The position numbers and the translations under genes were made by a program. The notes below the pieces were generated by a model. That model saw only the letters and a program-made list of their open reading frames with translations. It was not told the origin of the DNA and searched no databases. Positions 49,366-59,043 of a stretch of DNA of 64,000 nucleotides are shown piece after piece (the stretch's first letter is position 1; every line of letters starts with the position of its first letter). The DNA is from Nonlabens sp. (lineage in GTDB: Bacteria > Bacteroidota > Bacteroidia > Flavobacteriales > Flavobacteriaceae), in NCBI RefSeq assembly GCF_018401815.1, contig NZ_JAGYKG010000001.1, positions 706,388 to 770,387 on the forward strand, written 5' to 3'.

Positions 49366-50128
49366 ATCTATCTCGATCTTCTAGAAAACGCAATTTAGAT
49401 CGGTTGTTCTCTATTTCAGATTTGTGGACTTCTACAGTTTGAATTCCTTCTATTTCCCACGGATGAGGAAGTAATTCATGACCCATCACATTATAAACTT
49501 GTGAATGCCCATTATAATCCATTCCAGTTCCGTCAGTCCCTATTCGGTTGACTCCTATAGAATAACTCATGTTTTCAATCGCTCGTGCTTTTAAAAGCGC
49601 ATCCCAGGCATTTACTCTAGGCACAGGCCAGTTGGCTACATAAATAATCACGTCATAATCTTGCGTGTTTCTCGCAAAAACAGGGAAGCGCAAATCATAA
49701 CAAATTTGCAAGTTAAATTTCCAACCTAGATACGCTGCAATCACTGGTTGTTCTCCACGTTGATAGACCTTGTGCTCCCCGGCTAAAGTAAACGTATGTC
49801 GCTTGTCATAAATAGTAGAAGTGCCATCAGGCCGCATAAAAATACCGCGATTTACAAAATGATCTGCCTCCCGAAACATCACACTCCCATAGATAGCAAA
49901 ACCTCCTTCAATAGCGTGATCTTTTAAGTAATCAAAAATACCGGAATGACAAGCAAGTCCTTCTGGTTTCATAGAAAAACCAGTAGTAAACATTTCTGGA
50001 AGTACAACCAGATCCGTTGTTCCGTAAAGAGTTTTCAACTTTTCTGAAAAACGAACTAGGTTAGCTTTAGGTTCTTCCCAAACTAAAGCGGTTTGTATTA
50101 AGGATATTTTTAAAGTGCTTTTTTTCAT
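49352..50128 (-). CDS. Nitrilase-family amidohydrolase (YafV-like omega-amidase)
   Basis: LPEMFTTGF, YDKRH and ICYDLRFP (E-K-C triad). Confidence 0.9.
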   Translation of the reverse strand: MKKSTLKISLIQTALVWEEPKANLVRFSEKLKTLYGTTDLVVLPEMFTTGFSMKPEGLACHSGIFDYLKDHAIEGGFAIYGSVMFREADHFVNRGIFMRPDGTSTIYDKRHTFTLAGEHKVYQRGEQPVIAAYLGWKFNLQICYDLRFPVFARNTQDYDVIIYVANWPVPRVNAWDALLKARAIENMSYSIGVNRIGTDGTGMDYNGHSQVYNVMGHELLPHPWEIEGIQTVEVHKSEIENNRSKLRFLEDRDRFTLN

Positions 50129-50144
50129 AATTAAAAATTAATAA

Positions 50145-50325
50145 GCAGCAGGCAGGGTCATTTTAAGGTTGCTGCGCAACTTAAAATGTTAGCAGGCAGT
50201 ATTCAACACAATCCTTTGCGCCTGTACTGAAAAATATCTCAAATAGTGATAGCAAACTTCTCATTGGACTGCATACTCGTATTTTATTTTTACGAAGTGA
50301 AAAATAAAATGAACCTGCCTACTGC
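50145..50325. repeat. 181-bp element bounded by 21-bp inverted repeats (REP/BIME- or MITE-like)
   Basis: GCAGCAGGCAGGGTCATTTTA (50145-50165) matches the reverse complement of 50305-50325 at 19/21. Internal hairpin CATTTTAAGGTTGC/GCAACTTAAAATG and duplicated ACTGCATACTC. Confidence 0.6.
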
Positions 50326-50333
50326 ATACTCAA

Positions 50334-51626
50334 CTATGAGTTCATGATTTCCTCAATCTCTTCCGCTTCAATTGGAATATCTCTCATCAGATTAAATGGA
50401 GCGCCACTATTATTGATCACTAAGTCGTCCTCTAGTCTGACTCCAAAACCTTCTTCGGGTATATAAATCCCAGGCTCCACAGTAAAGACATTTCCTGCCT
50501 GCATCGGCTCCCATAGAATCCCATAATCGTGGGTATCCAAACCTATATGATGCGAAGTGCCATGCATAAAATATTTTTTATAAGCTGGCCAGTTCGGATC
50601 TTCTTGTTGAACGTCAGCTTTATCTAAAAGGCCTAATTCCAGCAACTCCCTAGTCATGATGTTGCCCACTTCTACATGATACTCCTTCCATAAGGTCCCA
50701 GGCACTAGCATTTTGGAGGCTTCGTTTTTTACTGTTAACACAGCGTTGTACACCTGTTTTTGTCTTTCTGTAAAACGTCCATTAATAGGAATGGTCCTGG
50801 ACATATCACTAGAATAGTTTGCATACTGTGCCCCAGCGTCAATTAACATCAATTCACCACTTTTACACTCTTGATTGTTCTCAATATAATGAAGCACATT
50901 TGCATTAGTGCCACTAGCAATAATAGGAGTGTAAGCAAAACCGTCACTGCGTCTTCTTATAAACTCATGTAAAAACTCAGCTTCTACCTCATATTCCATT
51001 ACGCCTGGCTCTATAAAATTCAGCACACGACGAAATGCCACATTAGTTATATCACAAGCTATTTGCATCAGATCAATCTCGATTTGATCTTTTACCGCTC
51101 GTAATCGTTGAAGAATTGGAGCCGACTTTGCATAATTATGTGCTGGAAACTGAGTTTTAGTTTTTTTAATGAACCTATCCTCACGAGTTTCTATCTCCAC
51201 CGCTTGGCGATAATGTTCATTCGTATTGAAGTAAATGCTATCGCATTGAGTCATCATTTCAAAAAACTTCTTATCAAAATCACTCAACCAATAAATGGTC
51301 TTAATACCTGAGACTTCTCTCGCTTTTTCTTTAGTGAGTTTTTCTCCTTCCCAAACAGCAATATGCGCATTTGTCTCTGTCACAAAAAGCACTTCCCTGT
51401 GTGCTGGGTCGGGACATTCTGGAAACAACAATAGAATAGTATGTTCCTGATCTGCTCCACTTAAATAAAATAAATCTCTGTTTTGAGAGAAAGGCAACGT
51501 ACTGTCGGCTCCAGTTGTGAACACATCATTAGAATTAAAAATTGCAAGACTAGAAGGCTGCATTTGAGCCATAAAACTCTTTCGGTTTTTGATAAAAAGA
51601 TTCGGATTTATAGGATGGTATTTCAT
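50334..51626 (-). CDS. Xaa-Pro aminopeptidase (M24B)
   Basis: IDAG..Y..YSSD.SRT, HG.SH.IGLDTHD and TVEPGIY..E..GVRLEDD. Confidence 0.93.
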   Translation of the reverse strand: MKYHPINPNLFIKNRKSFMAQMQPSSLAIFNSNDVFTTGADSTLPFSQNRDLFYLSGADQEHTILLLFPECPDPAHREVLFVTETNAHIAVWEGEKLTKEKAREVSGIKTIYWLSDFDKKFFEMMTQCDSIYFNTNEHYRQAVEIETREDRFIKKTKTQFPAHNYAKSAPILQRLRAVKDQIEIDLMQIACDITNVAFRRVLNFIEPGVMEYEVEAEFLHEFIRRRSDGFAYTPIIASGTNANVLHYIENNQECKSGELMLIDAGAQYANYSSDMSRTIPINGRFTERQKQVYNAVLTVKNEASKMLVPGTLWKEYHVEVGNIMTRELLELGLLDKADVQQEDPNWPAYKKYFMHGTSHHIGLDTHDYGILWEPMQAGNVFTVEPGIYIPEEGFGVRLEDDLVINNSGAPFNLMRDIPIEAEEIEEIMNS

Positions 51627-51822
51627 TAATAGGGTATGTAAATAGGTTTAAGAAGAGGTAAAAAAACACTTTCCTGCTGAAGTAAGTTCAGCGAGAGCTT
51701 CTCTTTAAAAAAATAGAATGCTTCAATAGTGCGGGTAGCAAGGTAACAATAGACCAGCAGATAGCAAAGTAAACCAGAACAGATTAATATAAAAGAGAAC
51801 AGTCATTTCAAAGATTGCTCTG

Positions 51823-51924
51823 TTACGAAGGTTTTTTCTTGTTGCGATTCTTGATAAATGTTACTACTAATAATAGCACGACCAGAAGAGTAACCCCTAT
51901 GATAAAATATCTTGCAATTTCCAT
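51823..51924 (-). CDS. Candidate 33-aa single-pass membrane peptide
   Basis: Manual translation MEIARYFIIGVTLLVVLLLVVTFIKNRNKKKPS*: one TM helix and a basic tail. Confidence 0.5.
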   Translation of the reverse strand: MEIARYFIIGVTLLVVLLLVVTFIKNRNKKKPS

Positions 51925-52170
51925 AATAATATGATATTGATTGGTGTTTTAAATTTAATTAAAAGTGAGTAATAAAAAGCCCCTTCTAAAAAAAATTGCA
52001 AGACCCTCCTTTACAATTGGTTTTGGATCCTCAAGACGGAAATTTCTAAAAACCAAATCCGCCCACTATTCCATCGCTTAAAAAAGTGAAAAGTCATTTC
52101 AAATTGCATTTTCTCATTCAAGTTCAGCTTCAAAGTCCTTATCTTTAAGCTCGAAAATAAAAATCACATC

Positions 52171-55011
52171 ATGAAGAAAATGCTGTCTTTTCTCTTTACC
52201 AGTTCCTTAGTTATATCTTTTGCCCAAAGTCCGGAAGCAACACCTGCTAGTGAGATTCAAAATAGCTTGGAAAAAATGGAGCAAATGGCCTCCTCTTCTC
52301 CATTTAAAAACTTGGAATTTAAAAATATTGGACCCTCAATAATGTCTGGTCGTGTCGTAGACGTGGATGTAAATCCAACAGACCCAACAGAAATGCTCGT
52401 TGCTTATGCCAGCGGTGGACTCTGGTATTCCAATAACAATGGAACCAGCTTTACTCCTATTATGGATACTGCTGCAACTATAAATCTAGGAGACATTGCT
52501 GTAGATTGGGATTCCAAAACCATCTGGGCAGGAACTGGAGAGAATAACTCGAGTCGTAGTAGTTATGCAGGAATAGGCTTGTTAAAATCTACAGACTGGG
52601 GTAAGACCTGGAGCCCACCTATGCTTACCGACTCCCATCATATAGGCCGTATTTTAATCGACCCTAAAAATACCGATCATGTCGTCGTTGCCGTTACTGG
52701 ACCTTTATATTCTAGCAGTGAAAATCGCGGAATTTACACGTCAGAAGATGGTGGAGCTTCCTGGAAAAAAACTCTTTTTGCTACTGATATGGCAGGTTTT
52801 ATTGATCTCGATGCTGCACCAGAGAATTTTGATGTTATGTATGCTGCGAGTTGGGAAAAAGACCGTAAAGCGTGGAATTTTGATGGAGATGGTACAGCCA
52901 GTGCGATTTATAAGAGTACTGATGCAGGACAAACCTGGACTAAAATAACCACAGAAGCAAGTGGATTCCCTATTGGAACTGGTGTAGGGCGCATAGGTCT
53001 TGCTGTATATAATGCAAATACAGTTTATGCCATTCACGATTCTCAATTTAGAAGACCTGAAGAAGGTGCAGAGGTTAAAAAGGAAGGCCTACAAGACCTT
53101 TCTAAAGATGATTTTAAATCCATGTCCAAAGAGAATTTTCTTAAACTGGATGATAATCAACTCAATACCTTCTTAAAACAAAACGGCTTTCAAGAAAAAT
53201 ACCGTGCACAAAACGTAAAAAATATGGTGCGTGCGGGAGATGCTACTCCTCTAGATGTAGCAAAGTATTTGGAAAATGCTAATACACAACTTTTTGACAC
53301 CCCCGTAAAAGGAGCTGAACTCTACCGTTCTAACGATGGTGGAAAAACATGGATTAAAACGCACGAAGGACAAATAGATGATGTATTCTATAGCTATGGA
53401 TACTACTTTGCTCAAGTAAGAGTAGATCCTAGCGATGTCAATCATGTTTACGTTATGGGTGTACCTATCATCAAATCTGACGATGGTGGTAAAAACTGGA
53501 ACTCTATTTCTAAAGAAAATGTTCATGCCGACCATCATGCGCTTTGGATCAACCCCAACAAACGCGGGCACCTCATCAACGGTAATGATGGTGGCCTCAA
53601 CATTTCTTATGATGATGGCAAGACCTGGATCAAAAATAACTCTCCTAGTGTAGGACAATTTTATGCGATTAATTATGATTTAGAACAGCCCTACAATATA
53701 TACGGTGGCTTACAAGATAATGGAGTTTGGGTAGGTGCCCACGATGCAAAAGAAAACAGAGCTTGGCACCAACAAGGACAGTATCCTTGGAAAACGATTA
53801 TGGGTGGTGACGGAATGCAAATTCAAATTGATTCTAGAAATAGTAATATCGTTTATACAGGATATCAATTTGGCAATTATTACAGAATTGATAGAGAAAA
53901 AGAGAAGCAGACTTACCTACAACCTAAACATGAACTTGGGGAATCTCCTTATCGCTTCAATTGGCAAACTCCTATTCTATTAAGCTCCCACAATCAAGAT
54001 ATTCTTTATCTAGGAGGTAATAAATTACACCGATCTATGAATCAAGGTGACGACTGGACAGCAATATCCCCAGACTTGACTCAAGGTGGTAAAGAAGGAA
54101 ATGTAGCCTATGGAACGCTGACTACCATCAGTGAATCCCCGTTCCAATTTGGTTTGATATATACCGGATCTGATGATGGGTTGGTTCAATTTACCCAAGA
54201 TAGCGGTGTGAGCTGGAACGCGATCAAAGGAAACTGGCCAGCAAACTTATGGGTAAGCCGTGTAGTAGCTTCTCAACATAAAAAAGGACGTGTTTATGTC
54301 GCTCTTAACGGGTATAGGTTTGATGACTTTAGTCCCTATGTTTACGCGAGTGAGGATTACGGAAAAACATGGCGTTCCTTAGGAAAAACACTTCCAACTT
54401 CTCCAGTAAATGTGATTATTGAGCACCCTAAAAAAGAGAACACCTTGTTTTTAGGAACTGATAATGCCAGTTACATCAGTAGCAATACGGGCACTTCTTG
54501 GGAATTATTAAACAATGGTATGCCTCCTGTTGCCGTTCACGATATGAAAATACAGCCGATAAGCAATGACTTATTAGTAGGCACACACGGACGGTCTATT
54601 TATACAACTAACTTAGATGCTCTCGAATTAATGAGTAAGGGCGATTTCGCTTTCGCGAAAGTGAACAAAATAAAAGCTTCTTCAAGATATGGGGCGCCAC
54701 GTTTTATGTGGAGTGAAGGCCCAGAGCCTAAAATTAATCTTACATTTTACACAAAAATGGCAGGAAAAGTAAAAATTGAAGTCCTTAATGAGAAAGGACA
54801 AACCATATATGAAAATGCTACCACAGGCATTAGTGGGCTTAATTATTACCCCTATAATGGAACGGTAGGTGAATATGCTTTAAAGAAATTTGACAAAGAA
54901 AACAGACCTAAAAAAGCAGAAAACGGAAAGTATTACCTGCCTAAAGGAACTTATTCTATCCAATTAACTGGTAATTCTGGAAGCGCTAGTCAAGAATTAA
55001 TCGTAGAGTAA
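52171..55011 (+). CDS. VPS10/BNR-repeat beta-propeller protein (glycosyl hydrolase-like)
   Basis: Signal peptide, many S.D.G.TW Asp-box repeats, IGP..MSGRV and GTHGRS. Confidence 0.85.
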   Translation: MKKMLSFLFTSSLVISFAQSPEATPASEIQNSLEKMEQMASSSPFKNLEFKNIGPSIMSGRVVDVDVNPTDPTEMLVAYASGGLWYSNNNGTSFTPIMDTAATINLGDIAVDWDSKTIWAGTGENNSSRSSYAGIGLLKSTDWGKTWSPPMLTDSHHIGRILIDPKNTDHVVVAVTGPLYSSSENRGIYTSEDGGASWKKTLFATDMAGFIDLDAAPENFDVMYAASWEKDRKAWNFDGDGTASAIYKSTDAGQTWTKITTEASGFPIGTGVGRIGLAVYNANTVYAIHDSQFRRPEEGAEVKKEGLQDLSKDDFKSMSKENFLKLDDNQLNTFLKQNGFQEKYRAQNVKNMVRAGDATPLDVAKYLENANTQLFDTPVKGAELYRSNDGGKTWIKTHEGQIDDVFYSYGYYFAQVRVDPSDVNHVYVMGVPIIKSDDGGKNWNSISKENVHADHHALWINPNKRGHLINGNDGGLNISYDDGKTWIKNNSPSVGQFYAINYDLEQPYNIYGGLQDNGVWVGAHDAKENRAWHQQGQYPWKTIMGGDGMQIQIDSRNSNIVYTGYQFGNYYRIDREKEKQTYLQPKHELGESPYRFNWQTPILLSSHNQDILYLGGNKLHRSMNQGDDWTAISPDLTQGGKEGNVAYGTLTTISESPFQFGLIYTGSDDGLVQFTQDSGVSWNAIKGNWPANLWVSRVVASQHKKGRVYVALNGYRFDDFSPYVYASEDYGKTWRSLGKTLPTSPVNVIIEHPKKENTLFLGTDNASYISSNTGTSWELLNNGMPPVAVHDMKIQPISNDLLVGTHGRSIYTTNLDALELMSKGDFAFAKVNKIKASSRYGAPRFMWSEGPEPKINLTFYTKMAGKVKIEVLNEKGQTIYENATTGISGLNYYPYNGTVGEYALKKFDKENRPKKAENGKYYLPKGTYSIQLTGNSGSASQELIVE
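54649..54661. repeat. Palindrome variant (13/14) in VPS10 protein (AFAK)
   Basis: GCTTTCGCGAAAG followed by T. Confidence 0.85.
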
Positions 55012-55015
55012 GCCT

Positions 55016-55840
55016 ATGAAGAACTGCCTTCTCCTTATTGCTGCTGCTAGCATCATGAACAGTTGTATGGAAAAACACAGACCTCTAACAGATACCTTTC
55101 TTATGAAAACGACCATACAACTGGAAAACGAACAGGTCTACATCAACCTTTCCAAACCACTAGACATAAGTCTTGCGGTACAACATAAAACTGGCGTTGG
55201 TGCCTGGTATATCGACCAACCGGAAATCAGCTATGTAGAGGTAGATGGTTATGTAGGCAATGTAAAATTAGGCGGCTCGACTAATTTTAACAATGTTCAT
55301 TTTAACCCGCACAGTCATGGGACACATACGGAGTGTATAGGTCATATTACAGAAGAATTCCACAGTGTCAATAAAGCGCTTGATAACACCTTTTTTAAAG
55401 CCCAATTGATGAGCGTGACGCCACAAGAATTGGAGGGTGATCTAGTGATCAATGAATCAGTGACTAAGGTTTTAGCAACTGGAATAAAAGCTGTTGTCCT
55501 GAGAACTTTACCCAATCCAGAAAGTAAAAAAGGTAAAAATTACTCTAATAGTAACCCCCCCTATATAGATGCTAGATTGATGTTGCGCTTTCGCGAAAGC
55601 GGTATTCAACACATTTTAATCGATCTACCCAGTGTAGATAAAGAGAAGGATAATGGTGAGTTACTGGCTCATAAAGAATTTTGGAATTATAATGGGGAGC
55701 AACGGCTTAACGCCACCATTACAGAATTGATTTATGTTCCTGACCACATAAAGGATGGGCTGTATATGTTGGACCTTCAAGTAGCTCCTATAGAAAATGA
55801 TGCTGCACCTTCACGACCTATTCTCTATGAGTTATTGTAG
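55016..55840 (+). CDS. Cyclase family protein (kynurenine formamidase-like)
   Basis: NPHSHGTHTEC (HxGTHxD/E), IDLPSVD, and H..FW..TITE. The start may be the later MKTT. Confidence 0.85.
   Translation: MKNCLLLIAAASIMNSCMEKHRPLTDTFLMKTTIQLENEQVYINLSKPLDISLAVQHKTGVGAWYIDQPEISYVEVDGYVGNVKLGGSTNFNNVHFNPHSHGTHTECIGHITEEFHSVNKALDNTFFKAQLMSVTPQELEGDLVINESVTKVLATGIKAVVLRTLPNPESKKGKNYSNSNPPYIDARLMLRFRESGIQHILIDLPSVDKEKDNGELLAHKEFWNYNGEQRLNATITELIYVPDHIKDGLYMLDLQVAPIENDAAPSRPILYELL
55587..55600. repeat. Palindrome in cyclase (FRES)
   Basis: Read directly. Confidence 0.9.
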
Positions 55841-56049
55841 AGTTTTATACGGATCTAATCCCTTTATGAGATTGGCATAAGCGCTTACTGATTTTTTTTA
55901 CAGCCGTAAGATTTAAAAAATAAAGCAACTTAGAATCCCCTAGATCCTGCTGTAGCTATTGTAAACAATAGGTAAATGCTCTCTAAACCAGAAGAAAGCT
56001 GCCAAAATAAAAGATATGCCCCTAGTTAAAAAGCCATAAAGAAACCATC

Positions 56050-56418
56050 ATGCAAATAGACGAGCTTAGAGATTATTGCCTTTCCAAAAAAGGAGTGACA
56101 GAAGAGTTTCCCTTTGATGAAGTAACCCTAGTTTTTAAGGTTATGAATAAAATCTTTTGTCTGGCAGCGCTTAAAAAATGGGAGCGTGGAGAAAAAACGA
56201 TTAATTTAAAATGCGACCCAGTAAAAGCTATAGAACTTCGTGAAAAATACTATGGAACTGTAATCGGCGGTTTTCATTCTAATAAAAAACACTGGAATAC
56301 TATTTATACAGATCGCGATATGCCTCCAGAAAAACTGAAGCATTGGATCAATCACAGTTACGAGCTTGTAGTATCCAATCTAACGCGAAAGGATAAAGAA
56401 ATTTTAAAAAATAGTTAG
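56050..56418 (+). CDS. MmcQ/YjbR family protein
   Basis: E.FPF....LVFKV..KIF, NLKCDP and NKKHWNT. Confidence 0.9.
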   Translation: MQIDELRDYCLSKKGVTEEFPFDEVTLVFKVMNKIFCLAALKKWERGEKTINLKCDPVKAIELREKYYGTVIGGFHSNKKHWNTIYTDRDMPPEKLKHWINHSYELVVSNLTRKDKEILKNS

Positions 56419-56550
56419 GAACAGATGGTAAAAATCACTTGTATAAATGGCATTTTATAAGTCTAATTCCTTTTATTTATAGCCGGTTCTTTACATCAAT
56501 CGCTCTAGCTACATTTCAGAATATTACATCCAATAACAAAAAACAAACTC

Positions 56551-58329
56551 TTGGAATCAAAACTCCACTCTTTTTATAACCAGCGCATTGCTCAATTCAC
56601 AGATTCTAGCAATCATTTACAAAATCAATTGCGACTTTCTAGTACGATTCGTTTTTTAGTATTTATTGCTGGAGCTTTTTCTATTTACTTCTTTTTTGAT
56701 TATTGGCAATACGCCATTCTAATTGGATTTATATTTTTTGGAGTCTTTCTGTTTCTGGTTTCTAGACATGAAAATCTGAAACGCAAACGTGATTTTCAAA
56801 TTGGATTAAGGGATATTAATGGTAAAGAATTACAAATTCTAGATCGAGATTATCAAGGGTTCTCAACGGGCAACGAGTTCTTATCAGATGATCATGAGTA
56901 CAATCGTGATATTGATCTTTTTGGTACAGGATCTATCTTTCAATACTTAAATAGAAGTGTTACTAAAGATGGTGTGATCTCGCTGGCACAAAAACTCAAC
57001 AGCAATGACATCAACGACATTGAAAAAAAACAAGAAGCGGTAAAAGAACTGGCGGATAAAGTTGATTTTCGACAAGAGTTTTGGGCAAAAGCCACTTTGC
57101 TAGATCAAGATCGCGATCCAAAATCCATGCTGCGTTGGGTTACGGATTACAAAGTTTTTGTACCTAAAATATTTTCTTGGTTATGCTGGTTATGGTTGGC
57201 AATCAGTATCCTCACCTTTACGTTGTATTTCTATGGTTTAGTTTCTGGTTATCTTCCATCTGCTGTCTTTTTTATTGGCTTGGGAATTACTGGACAATAT
57301 ATAAAAAGGATCTCTGCCTTTTCTGCTAACATCAGCAGTCTGGAATTGTTTTTTAATCAGTACAGTCAGTTGATTTTAGCTATTGAGCAAGAAAACTTTG
57401 AAAGCGAGGTGCTCGTTAGTTTAAAATCACAGATCGCTACGGATGGTCCTCCAGCTTCAGAACGTTTTCACGAGCTTGCCCGAGCTATAGGAAGGCTGGA
57501 TCAAAGAAATAACATGCTTTTTGGTGTCGTAGCTAATGGGTTAGGCCTATGGGACTTAAAACAAGTATATACCATTGAACAGTGGTTGCAGGAAAACGCC
57601 TTGCATGTAGAGCATTGGTTACAAGCTGCAGCAGAAGTTGATGCGATGAGTTCGCTAGGTAATTTTGCCTATAACCATCCTCACTATACCTATCCTACTA
57701 TTGTAGAAGGAAGTTTTCAGTTAAAAGCTACCCAAGCACATCATCCATTATTGGACCCTAAAAAGTCCATAGGAAATGATATTGACATTTCTTCCGGTGA
57801 GTTTTTTATCATTACTGGAGCTAACATGGCTGGGAAAAGCACCTTCTTAAGGACTGTATCCATGAAAATAGTGTTGTCTAATGTAGGATTACCGGTTTGT
57901 GCACAAGAAGTAACTTACAGTCCTATAAAGCTTATTACGAGCATGAGAACAAGCGACTCGCTAACAGATGAGGAATCTTACTTTTTTAGCGAGTTAAAGA
58001 GGCTGAAATACATGGTAGATAAAATAGAAACGGATCGGTACTTTATAGTTCTAGATGAAATTCTTAAGGGAACCAACAGTCAGGATAAAGCAAACGGTTC
58101 ACGTAAGTTAATTGAAAAACTCTCCAGAAAACATGCGACAGGAATCATCGCTACGCACGATCTGAGTCTTACCGAAGTGGCTAATGAATACAACAGCATT
58201 TCTAACTACTTCTTTGATGCTGACATAACCAATGATGAGCTGATATTTGATTACAAGTTCAAAAATGGCATCGCTACTAATATGAACGCGAGTTTCTTAT
58301 TGAGAAAAATGGGTATCGTGGATGAGTAG
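56551..58329 (+). CDS. Membrane-anchored MutS-domain V ATPase (MutS-related)
   Basis: N-terminal TM segments, ITGANMAGKST, SYFFSELKRL, LDEILKGTNS and ATHD; lacks the mismatch-binding domain. Confidence 0.85.
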   Translation: MESKLHSFYNQRIAQFTDSSNHLQNQLRLSSTIRFLVFIAGAFSIYFFFDYWQYAILIGFIFFGVFLFLVSRHENLKRKRDFQIGLRDINGKELQILDRDYQGFSTGNEFLSDDHEYNRDIDLFGTGSIFQYLNRSVTKDGVISLAQKLNSNDINDIEKKQEAVKELADKVDFRQEFWAKATLLDQDRDPKSMLRWVTDYKVFVPKIFSWLCWLWLAISILTFTLYFYGLVSGYLPSAVFFIGLGITGQYIKRISAFSANISSLELFFNQYSQLILAIEQENFESEVLVSLKSQIATDGPPASERFHELARAIGRLDQRNNMLFGVVANGLGLWDLKQVYTIEQWLQENALHVEHWLQAAAEVDAMSSLGNFAYNHPHYTYPTIVEGSFQLKATQAHHPLLDPKKSIGNDIDISSGEFFIITGANMAGKSTFLRTVSMKIVLSNVGLPVCAQEVTYSPIKLITSMRTSDSLTDEESYFFSELKRLKYMVDKIETDRYFIVLDEILKGTNSQDKANGSRKLIEKLSRKHATGIIATHDLSLTEVANEYNSISNYFFDADITNDELIFDYKFKNGIATNMNASFLLRKMGIVDE

Positions 58330-58331
58330 GC

Positions 58332-58373
58332 AAAAAACCTTATGACTTTTTAAAAAATGTCATAAGGTTTTTT
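58332..58373. terminator. Bidirectional terminator
   Basis: AAAAAACCTTATGAC...GTCATAAGGTTTTTT between convergent genes. Confidence 0.85.
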
Positions 58374-58404
58374 ATGTGCGTATGAGCTGTATTGATTTCT
58401 TTCT

Positions 58405-58941
58405 TTAAAGGGACTCATTAATCTTATAGAAGATATCATAAATCACAATCCCTGCGCAAACAGAGATGTTGAGACTGTGTTTTGTACCGTATTGCTCTAA
58501 CTCAATGACTTCCTTACAAGCATCTACTACCTCTTGTTGTACGCCTTTAACTTCGTTCCCTAAAACAATGGCTACTTTAGCGCCTTTTAAAGGAGAGAAT
58601 TTGTGTAGGTTTTCAGAACGCTCTGCTTGTTCTATAGCACAGGTAGTATAGCCTTGCAAGTTGAGCTTATTAACTACATCAATAGTGTTCACTGCATACT
58701 CCCAATCCACAGTTTCTGTAGCTCCTAGTGCTGTTTTTCTGATATCTTTATGTGGTGGTTGCGCTGTAATGCCGCATAGGTAGATTTTCTCCACACGGTA
58801 AGCGTCTGCACTGCGAAAAATTGAACCTATATTATTTAAACTACGCACATTATCCAACACAATAACTAATGGTGTTTTATCACTTTCTTTAAAACCTTCC
58901 ATAGTCAAGCGGTCCAGTTCTTCATTCAAGAGTTTTCTCAT
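58405..58941 (-). CDS. SpoU/TrmH family RNA methyltransferase
   Basis: LDNVRSLNNIGSIFRSADA, GNEVKGV and SLNISV. Confidence 0.92.
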   Translation of the reverse strand: MRKLLNEELDRLTMEGFKESDKTPLVIVLDNVRSLNNIGSIFRSADAYRVEKIYLCGITAQPPHKDIRKTALGATETVDWEYAVNTIDVVNKLNLQGYTTCAIEQAERSENLHKFSPLKGAKVAIVLGNEVKGVQQEVVDACKEVIELEQYGTKHSLNISVCAGIVIYDIFYKINESL

Positions 58942-59043
58942 GTGTCAAATATAGTAAGATCTATTTTTGGGAAATCACTTAACCTAAGTTCCAACGCTAT
59001 TGTAGAATTAATTCAAGCCAATTAAGAGCTACTATAAAACAGC

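Noticed and set aside
56381-56392. TAACGCGAAAGG as another palindrome copy
   Set aside because: Only the right half matches, so it was not counted.
56551-58329. Mismatch-repair mutS
   Set aside because: Only the ATPase domain with N-terminal TM helices is present; there are no mismatch-recognition domains, so no symbol was given.
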